A stretch of DNA of 64,000 bases from Spizellomyces punctatus DAOM BR117. Its lineage: Eukaryota. The notes under the pieces are model-generated. The model was not told the DNA's origin. It saw only the letters and a program-made list of their open reading frames with translations, and did no database searches. Where the stretch lies: assembly GCA_000182565.2 (NCBI GenBank), contig KQ257454.1; one strand, 5' to 3'. Numbering within the stretch: the stretch's first letter is position 1; each line of letters starts with the position of its first letter. The position numbers and the translations under genes are program-made. Positions 11,796-21,406 of the stretch are shown piece by piece.

Positions 11796-14072
11796 TTACA
11801 GTCGCTCCTGTGCTTCTCGGTCATCCAGAAACGGATGTTTAACGGCCTCCTCTGAGGTTATTCGCTGTTCCGGGTTTAAGGTTAGCAACTTCCGCAATAG
11901 GTCAAATCCCTCTGGCGGGATTTCCATTGCTCGCTTGCTGTGAAGCTTCCAACACATGTCTTCAAAGGACATGGCTTGACCAACCGAAGGAATGTTCGTT
12001 TCAAAGCGCCGTTCTGTGCAGAAATTGTTAAGCCCTACCGCTCTGCTGACAGTTCGCAAGATGCAACGTACTGAAGTAAGTCGCGACTTCTTTCAACGCA
12101 ACTTTGCCAAATATGTGTGCTATCTCCAGTAGCGCCTCCTGGTCTTCATTGGATTGGAAAAAAGGGAAATGGCCCGTAAATATACAGAGGAGTATGACGC
12201 CTGCAGACCACATATCAATGGCTGTTGTAGCCACAGATAATTTTTCGTCAGGACTGAGTCATTTTGCAGAAAAACTATACCACTCGTATGATCTTACCAC
12301 ATGTTTGATTGACGACCTTGAACAAAACCTCCGGAGCTCTAAATCCTCTTGTGCCCGCACGGTTTGCCCGCACACTTGGGCTGCCGCGGTTTTCAAAGTG
12401 TCGTCAATCACCATCATATAAACTTCAGTAAATGAATAGCTCATATCATACCCACCGTGGATCGTTTACAATGTACCCGAGTGGTCGACTGCCTCTCGAT
12501 CTGGGGACGACTGGCTTATCCTTGGTCGCTCCATCATTCTTACCCTTCGCGCGCGTCTCTTCTTTCTGAATGCCGTCCATGAACATCTTAAGAGCAGATG
12601 CTGCAGCAGCCTCTCTGGTAACATACCTGCGCTAGTCCGAAATCTACTAGAACCCCAGTGCCAAGCTTTGGGTGATACAGGAAATTACTGGGCTTCACGT
12701 CGCGGTGAATGATTTTATGTTTATGAACGTGTTCCAACGCTCGTAATAAACAGCGCATGTAGTCTCGGATTTGATCCATGGTCATCGTCAAATAGTAATC
12801 CTGAAATATGAGTAACTCAAACTCAGAAGAGTGTATTATTTAGCATAGAAACAGCAAGAACTCACGCGAAAATCAAGATGACGAAAGTAAGGCAGACTGA
12901 ATTGGAAATTAACATCGCACAAACAGATGCTGCCCTAAAGGAATGCTGGCACTCACACGGCGACCACCTAATATACCATCATGCATGCTCGTCAGTATTT
13001 GAATTATCTTGCTCGGAACAATATTCATACCTGGTCTTCATGCCTCATCGCCGTGATGATCGGAACTATATTCGGATGTCCACTATGAACAGCAATCAGC
13101 AACAGGCCTGAGGGAATCCACATGACGAGTGCTTGCACCGACCTCAGGATATGCAAGATCTTAATTTCGTTAAAAATTCGCTGAGGGCTGCTTGTCACAT
13201 AAATCCGCTTCAGGGCGACGGCAGGTACTCTTCGTCTCTGCTGTTTTGTATCGCCGTCATCGTCTTCGGAATCCGCCAAAGCTTGATACGTCGCCCATCG
13301 ACTATTATCGTACGCACAATGTTGCAAGTCAAGGGCTTTATACACAGAGCTAAACGTTCCTATGGTCAAGACATATGATTTTAAGTTGGCAGCTACCTTG
13401 GGAGGTATTCTGGCCGTCTCGCAAACCTTCTCCAATTTTATTAACTAGCCGATAATTCTCCCACAGCTTGGGGAAGACGCGATAGAAGTCCTCCATCTCT
13501 TCCTTAGTTTCTTGATCGATGGCGTTGTAATGTGGGCTTTGCGACTGAAGTCTCGTCTTCTTGGTTGTTGGGGCTTCAGCGAGGTACGAGCGGCGTTTTG
13601 CGACAGTTCCCTTTGGAGGATCTGGCAATGTCCCTGTGCCGGATTCGCCTCGCGCTCCCTGCGTGCTATCTTCTACCGCTGGTTCAGTCTCCTGTTCGGT
13701 ACCGTCTTCCATTGGGCTATCGTCTTGAACCGTTGTTGTCTCGCCCGGGTCGTCCTTCACTTCACCATCATCATCTACGGTTATGGCTTGGGAGGACTCC
13801 TCTCCAGAAACATCTTCCGTCTCAATTCTCTCAGTATGCACCGCTCCCATCTCAGCGTCACCCAGACTTTCCGTGCTGGCATCCTGCACAGAGCTAAGAG
13901 AACTCAATTCGGAGCTGGTCAGACTTTGCTTCCTTGGAGGTGAAGCTTCAGATTCACTTCCAGGGTCATACACCTGGTCGAGACATATTCCTGGATTCGC
14001 GCGACGATGTTGCTGTATGGGGGGCGCGGCCTTGTCTGGGGAGCCGCTGTGGACAGAGTAGATGGTCGCCAT
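11796..14072 (-). CDS. CDC7: Cdc7 (DDK catalytic subunit) Ser/Thr kinase
   Basis: KIGEGTFSSVYKA, VALKRIYVTSSPQRIFNEI, IIHRDVKPSNFL, LVDFGLA, AGTRGFRAPEV, IDMWSAGVILL, PFFQSNED; long acidic N-terminal extension. Confidence 0.93.
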
Positions 14073-14215
14073 GAGAAGCGGCGGGGACGGGAAGAAGCGC
14101 GCGTTCGGACTTCGGACAGCATCTACTGACTAACCAATCATGAGTCATGCAATCTAACCATAAACGTCTTTTATGAATGGCAATAGAGCTATATCACAGA
14201 TAGCTTTGGCTGCCT

Positions 14216-14924
14216 TTATTTTCTATCTTCAACCATGATAATATGATAACCAAACTGGGTTTTGACTGGAGGGTCTGTGTAAATGGGGCTGCCAACTGTG
14301 CTCGGCTGAAGGGCAAACGCAGCGTCTTGGAAAGCTCCAACCATTGAGCCTGATCGGAAGTCAATGAGGTTCCATTACGTTGGAAAGAAAACTCTAATCG
14401 TTGCCACACGTACCTCTCACCATCCATCCCAGTGAGCCGCCTTGTTTTGCTTTGTCTTCAGAGTATTGCTCCGCAACCTATCCAATTCTGTCAGCTTGGT
14501 CCATGTTCTGCAGGTATCTTGATATGGCAAGAACCTTATCGAAAGGCTGCTTCTCTTTTAATTTCGCCATCGCTTCCATGCACTTTGAGAAACCACGAAA
14601 GTCAGTGCCGGGTAACCTCAAAAATCCACAGCACAAATGGTACCTTTCCGTGTTTTTCACACAGTATATGCCGTACCTATGATGTTCACAATCACATATA
14701 AGGTTTCACTGTGTTACTACAATGGAGCTCCATCATGTTCAAAGTACTTTTATTGAGTTGGCTGCTTTTAGCTTTGTTGGCTTTGACGATCCACTATCGT
14801 CTGCGTCCGTATGTTAAAAGTGCTTAGAGGTGACGAACATAAAGACGCCAGGGCTTTGATTACCGTCGCCTGCTCCCCCCTTTCCCTTGGCGCCCTTGCC
14901 CCCCGCTGCTGGTTTCTTGGGCAT
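14216..14924 (-). CDS. PIN4: Parvulin-type peptidyl-prolyl isomerase Par14/PIN4
   Basis: Hand-spliced product: [17 protein letters not shown]...[26 protein letters not shown]...YSEDKAR...[12 protein letters not shown]...[20 protein letters not shown]. Confidence 0.92.
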
Positions 14925-15108
14925 GACCTTTATACTCGTCTTGAATGATCTGCAATCGAGATTTGCAACGACTCGCTTTCACCGTGATCTGATCACGTGC
15001 TGGCCTGGCGATCGGACTGACTCAGCTGCTTACCAGCTTGGACGGCTAATCCCAATCCCGTCGTGTTCCAACCTCGTTCACCATCTTTAAGATAATTGCA
15101 ACCTAATC

Positions 15109-16391
15109 ATGTCATATCAAGATTTGGAAGTGCGTGTGGAGGGAGGCATTGGTACAATTACATTGTCTAGGGAGGAGGTAGGTCCCGCAAGTACATCATC
15201 CCACCGCGAAACGATCGATTAAGCACGTTAAAATCCCGTTAGAAATTCAACAGTTTCAGGCAAGGAACTTACTCAGCATTGCAGCAAGCATTGCAAGACT
15301 TGGCGGAGCGAGATGATGTCAGTATAACGGTGCTGACTGGAAAGGGCAAGTTCTTCAGTAGGTGAGCGGCCTGTGCCCTTTTTCTGGTATTTGATATTGT
15401 CCAATGGCTCAACCAGCAAACGTCGGTATCCAGTGGTGCAGACTTCACAGAGGAAAGGGAAGCTCCAAAATCCAAACATGAAGCTTGGGTCAAGTTTAGA
15501 ACTGTCCTCGAATTTGCTACCGCGGCAGTCACACGGGCGGTAATTGACCACCCAAAGCCATTGGTAGTGCTGTTGAATGGTGACTATCTATTACAAGGCT
15601 GCCACATTGTGACACACTTACAGATTGTTCTACTTGTTACCAGGGCCGGTGATTGGATATCCCGCTGGCGTCATTGCGAATGCGGATATCATCTATGCTG
15701 CCGAGTCTGCATACCTTTCTTGCCCATTCTCCTCCCTTGGACTTTGCGCGGAAGGTGTGTATCTGTGAAAGACCTGGTTTACACTGGTTTATCTTAGCGT
15801 TTCGGAGTTCTAAAAGTAGCATGACGTCATTATAGGAAACTCATCGTTGGCGTTCGTGCAAAGAATGGGGCTGGGCCCGGCGCAGGAAGCACTGGTAGGC
15901 AGGCAGATACCCGAATTCTCAGCCAAAAGGAAGGCTTACGATTCGCATTATTTAGCTGTTTGGCAAACGCTTCACTGCACGGGAGCTAGAGAAAGTCGGG
16001 TTTGTCAAGTACGTTGGCCTTTCATCGTCATTGCCCGTTGAGCTCCAGGTGTTGATATTCGCTTCCCGCTGTAGCCGAGTGTTCAGCAATGAGGAGTTCG
16101 CTTCCGAAACGACTAAATTACTACAAGGAGCAGTGAAGACATGCCACCCAACTTCCATGCTAGTGACAAAACGGCTCATTCGATCTGCTTTCAAGGACCA
16201 ACAATATAAGACCCTCATGCATGAAACAGATGCCCTTACAGAACGGTATATGTCTGGTGACCCCGCGATAGCATTCAAGAAGCTGATGGAGCGTAATGGT
16301 AAGCGACACTCGAATATACGCCGTGCGCACCATTTGATCCTTTTCCCGTCAATCCTATTTAGCTGCTAAATCTCGTGGTAGCAAGCTCTAA
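15109..16391 (+). CDS. Peroxisomal crotonase-family enzyme, probably delta3,delta2-enoyl-CoA isomerase (ECI1/ECI2-like)
   Basis: ITVLTGKGKFFSSGADF, DHPKPLVVLLNGPVIG, PFSSLGLCAEG; ends AKSRGSKL* (PTS1). Confidence 0.85.
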
Positions 16392-16709
16392 TTTCGGTAT
16401 TGAGCAGTACCTCCCTTAGCGCTGTAAAGCTATAAATAAACTCATTCAGTTTTGACTTCCAAAATGCGTAAGAATTGTTTCAAAATCATCTCAATTTACA
16501 TATGTACAAAAGAAGGCCATGCTCAATTTTCTGCATAATAATTGCTCAAGTCGCCAATGTTCTCCACATCGCTAAAGACAAAACGGACCCGCATTGGACC
16601 GACTTTGATCCTTTAGAGAAAGCAAAAGGAATTTCTCATGGCAAGCATCCGCCTATCACATCCCGAGTTTATATGTGATGTCTACAGCATACTCTTCTCT
16701 CAAAGATTG

Positions 16710-17275
16710 CTACTGATCGAACCCGTACAAAGTACGGCCTTGCCTGTATTGAGATATGTCAAAGCAGAACCAAACACAAAAAGAATATGAGTTATACCTT
16801 TTGAGGGCATACACCACGTCCATGGCGTTGACAGTCTTTGCACGGCGGTGCTCCGTATATGCAATAGAATCTGATGTCGTCATGTTAATGATAGCCAACC
16901 CGCATACTCTTACGAGGCCCAAGCCCGTACCTTTAAGAACGCCGGTAAGAAATTTCTTAAGAACGATGCGGACCTCTGTTTTTATGGCAAGCTGATTAGC
17001 CAAGTTCATTTCGCACAGGACGGCGTGCGGGCCATTATCTCACCTTCATAAATGGTCAGCGACATTCTCTTCACACCACCTCTTCGTGCAAGCCGTCTGA
17101 TCGCCGGTTTTGTAATTCCTTTCAAATTATCTCTGAGGACCAGTCTATGCCGCTTCGGTGTGCCATAATTTGACAAGTTGATGCCAGACGGTCCCTTTCG
17201 TTTTATACCCTTTCCTTTGCCTTTACCGCCAATACCAACACCCAAACCCTTTCCTCCTGCACCTCGTCCACTCAT
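16710..17275 (-). CDS. Divergent histone H4 variant, 127 aa, 4 exons (17044-17275, 16931-16975, 16798-16870, 16710-16743)
   Basis: Three GT-AG introns splice to [127 protein letters not shown]. Confidence 0.93.
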
Positions 17276-17718
17276 GATGTGACGATGGGAATGTGCTTCT
17301 GGAATGCGCAAGCTTTTGACAGGAAGGCTGTCAAGGACCCATCCATATTACGTAAACATCAAGTGATCTGTCGCCGAATGACTCACAACATCCCAACATC
17401 CGCTCGACAGGCGAACCCTAAACCATTCTGATAGCAGGGAATAACGTCAGTCAAGCTGAAGCAGCTCCCAGTCGATGAGAAAAGTGTCATCTGTCACTTG
17501 TAGCTTGTGTGTTTGCTGGATGCCTATCTGCCCGTGCATGGGTTGACATACTGAGACTGCTTAAATTACGGGTCCCAACCATGCACTCTTTTCGATCATA
17601 TCACTACGAAAACCTGATTGACACCGCTGGTTAGGAAAACTGAAATACAAACCTGTCAGCAACATTCAAAATCAAATAATATTACACACTTTCAAAGAAA
17701 TTCTATCTAAATAGTCAG

Positions 17719-19566
17719 TCATGAACAAATGTCCCCTAATATGCACTCATCATGTATCGCCCTCAACGCCGTCTCTGCCCTCTCTTCTTCAATGACACAG
17801 GAAATATTTATCTCAGACGCTCCCTGCGATATCATTTCAATATTCACGTTGTGCTTCGCTAATGTCTCAAACATGAGACCCGCTATCCCGACCATATTTC
17901 GCATCTGCTTCCCTACGAGGGAGAGAATCGCCATGTTCCGAATCACATCCACCTGCGGAGAAAGACATTTCGTGTTAACTCACGTTGCATTAAAGACGTA
18001 CAGGCACTGCCCAAAGTGCTTACCGTTCCATATTTTCGTAGCTCAACCAAAGCCCGTTCCAGTTTGCTTTCCTTTACATTCGGGCTTAATGCCATGCTTA
18101 CATGAACCTCAGAGGTGGATATGAGATCGACTACAATGCCATATCGGTCGAGGGCCAGGAATATGTGAGCAAAGAAACCATGCGACACGGACTTGCGATT
18201 AGAATGGACGTTGAGGACAATGACATGATCTTTGATGGTGACAGCTGTTGGTCGTTTTTGGTCCTCCGATAAGGCCAGGCCGTTTCCATTGGGTGTTTTG
18301 CTGCCAAGGTAATCCTCTCCAAGTTTGGGTATCCGTGTGCCTCCAGGTGTGAGGCATTCAATGGACTCGGCGTGTTGAGGCGGCACCCAACCTTCTGGTA
18401 TAATTACAGTACCGTCTCCATCTGGTTTGAAGGTATTTTTGATCCTGATGGGAATGCTGGCCCGGATGACCTGTTCCATAGTGAATGGATGAATGACTTC
18501 CGAGCCATAGTACGTCAACTCAGCAGCTTCTTCTGGGGAGATGGAAGCAAGTAAAAGCGCCTTAGGCGCCTTTCGAGGGTCGGCCGTGAATATGCCGTCA
18601 ACCTCTTTCCAGATCTGCAGCTCCCGTGCAGCCACTCCAACCGCAATCAAAGCAGCGGTCAAGTCCGTATAACCTCGCCCAATGGTCGACAAGATACTTC
18701 CTGGGACAGGTCCCAGGTAGCCCGTTACAACAGGAACTGTGTTTTCCCCACAACCCTCAATGACCACTGCAAGCCGTTGTGTTAGATAATCATAAAAGGT
18801 TTGGTCGATCGCCTTTTCATCAAATTGTGCTTCAATAAGTTTTTCCAGATTCACGTAAACGGCGTCTACACCCTGACATGGACATGTTGATCAGATGGTC
18901 AGAGCCATGAAAGCGAAACGTAGACAGCGAATATTTTCAGTTACAAACCTGGCTTTGCAACAAGGCGGCAAAGATACGTGCTGACAGTTTCTCGCCTGTA
19001 CTGATCATGACATCTCTGGACCGTGGAGATATTTCATCGATCACTTCGGCGGCCGCCATAAACGATCGCAAGCGAGAACATTCGGCCTTTACATCTCGCT
19101 CCGCCTCAGCCCGTGCGGGACCTTCAGCGACCGCATTTTCTATTGTTTTCAGATGCCCCTCTTCGATGATGTTCACAATATCGAGGTATCGTTGTGAATT
19201 CGGCTTTAGCACCTCCTTTGCTGCCTCGAGGAGTCTATCCAAAGGTACATTACAGTGAGATATGCGACCAACATACGTGAATCCACCAGGACTTATTACC
19301 GGCTAGTGGTTCCCTCAGCCTTTTTGTGGCTGCTCATGGCAGAGAGAACGACAATGACACGGTTTGATTTGAGGTTGGACCTGCACGCAAAAGTGTTTGA
19401 GACAACGCATCATCAATACCACAGAGAAACCAGGAGTAGGGAAAGTAGGGAAAGTAGGGATCCGCACATACTTTACAATCTCCGCCACTTCCAGCATGCG
19501 CTCGGCACTTCCGACGCTGGTTCCCCCATACTTTTGAACAACTATCGGGAGCGCAGGTTTCGCCAT
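17719..19566 (-). CDS. HOM3: Aspartokinase with two C-terminal ACT domains
   Basis: VVQKYGGTSVG, GEKLSA, IGRGYTDLTAAL, WKEVDGIFTADPRK, EAAELTYYGSEVIHP, VDLISTSEV, NIEMISQGASEINIS. Confidence 0.96.
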
Positions 19567-20078
19567 GATCTGCGACTGCGCCAGTGTGGGAGTTCCAATG
19601 GGTATCAAACGTAGAGCGTTCTCAAAGGCCCTTTGTCTGGTATCACGCCTTTAGGCCAATCTGCTCGCCAAACGGTAATGTCAAAAGCACAAGTGTGTCG
19701 CCTTGATATCGATTTTTTTGAGATCATCAATGGTCACACAAGATACAAATCGGTGGCACAGTCACAGCGAGGCTGTTCGCGCTCCGAACATTAGAGAAAC
19801 GCGACGGCTGGGTTCCAAAATGGACACTGATGGAAACAAGCATGCAGATCAAATCAAATGATGGCAGCGTCCGTGCAGCACAGTAGCTTATGGCACACAC
19901 GAGATGCAACAGGAAAAATCAAAAAGATGCCAGTTCGAGCCGAAATATGATCGTCTATTAAAGGACTAACAAAAGAACGACCACACATTTGCCACAGGGA
20001 TCCAATGATCCTTGCAGGAACAACGAGTTCCGCAGCCGCAGCAATAGACCAACTCTTGTGAAACATCGACACGAAAGC

Positions 20079-20793
20079 TTACGCAACGAGAGCAGACGCG
20101 GTGGAGGACTCGCTACAGATTGGCAAGGAAGAATCGGTAAGCATTTTGAAGACGACGATTAAGGAGCAATACAACACAACAATTGATCCCCCTCACGGGT
20201 TGCAATTGGAACATTGTAAAACCCGCATAATGTCCCGGCATGTGACACCATCTGGTGGTGACCATGTTGGAATTGACAAAACAGATATCAGATACGTACT
20301 ACTTCCAGTTGGGGGCAAGCTGGCCAGACTTCTTGTAGTAACGAGCAAGACGGTGAATACGGGACTCGATCAAGATAAGACGGAACTTGGAGTCAGCGTC
20401 CTTCCTGTTGCGCTCAAGGTGCTTGCGGACAGCAACAGCCTTCTTGATCAAGTGGTAAAGATCTTCGGGGATCTCAGGGGCGAGACCGTTGGACTTGAGA
20501 ATACGGAGAATCTTGTTACCGGTCACATTCTTGACCTGAGCAATACCGTGCTGATCCCTGTATTATAATACAAGAGTACAACTCTGTCAGTGGGAAGGCC
20601 GGAAAATGGTCAATGAGGATCTTACGAACCTGAGGATCACACCAATCTGGGAGGGAGTGAGACCCTTCTTGGCAAACTTGCCAATCATCTCAATGACTTC
20701 CTCAGGGGTGGTCTTGAGCCATGAAGGGGGAGTACGGCGGTAGGGGAGAGCCGAGGAGGCAATACCCTTTCCAGGAGCGTGCATACGACCCAT
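20079..20793 (-). CDS. RPS13: 40S ribosomal protein S13 (uS15); additional intron in the 5' UTR (about 20800-20877)
   Basis: [78 protein letters not shown]. Confidence 0.98.
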
Positions 20794-21406
20794 TTTGAAC
20801 TGCAAAACAAAAACGCGATAAGGACATGAGTCTCTTTCCTCCTGTACAAGGCCATCCTCTCCACTCTAAATACGTACTGCTGTGTCTGTGACTTGACAAG
20901 AGGGACAAGATTAGTTCGGCTCGTTCTACCGAGATTGGAGAAGAGATGCGAAGAAGAGGAAGGTCCAACTAATTCTGGGGCTGCTGCTGCTTTTCATCGC
21001 CCATTTCTTTTTTCAATTCCAACCAATCAGACAAGATCATGTGAATGCCATGCCAACCAGCGGCACAGCAAGCTTCTTCAAGTTTTGTTTACGTCAAAAG
21101 CCAATGTCTATTGAGATGTTGGAGCTCGTCGCTGGGATACGCCGCACAACACTGCGAGATCCACGCCTTTTGCTGCTCCTGAAGTTACTCTTCTCCTGCA
21201 CGTTCCATGTCTTGCGCACAATGCACTCTTGTAGGAAACATGGGTTTGGCTGGGAGTTAACAAACTGAAATGCCATCAACGCGTTCCAAGAAAATGGGAT
21301 GGCCAATGTGGCACAGCAGAATGACTCATTCAGCAGATTGGCAGTTTGTGAGCTCTCCGACATTGGAGGACTGAAGGGCCTCTCCATCTTGAAGCCAGGC
21401 AACCTA

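Noticed and set aside
17707-17721. HOM3 stop context TGA CTG, resembling a readthrough motif for a cryptic PTS1
   Set aside because: The extension would be only LTI*, which is not a PTS1.
19435-19460. 9-bp tandem repeat (AGTAGGGAA, about 3 copies) in HOM3 intron 1
   Set aside because: Short slippage repeat with no evident function; not a CRISPR or telomeric array.
20113-20877. U14 box C/D snoRNA in RPS13 introns, as in vertebrates
   Set aside because: No box C (TGATGA) / box D pair and no U14 18S-complementary domains seen.
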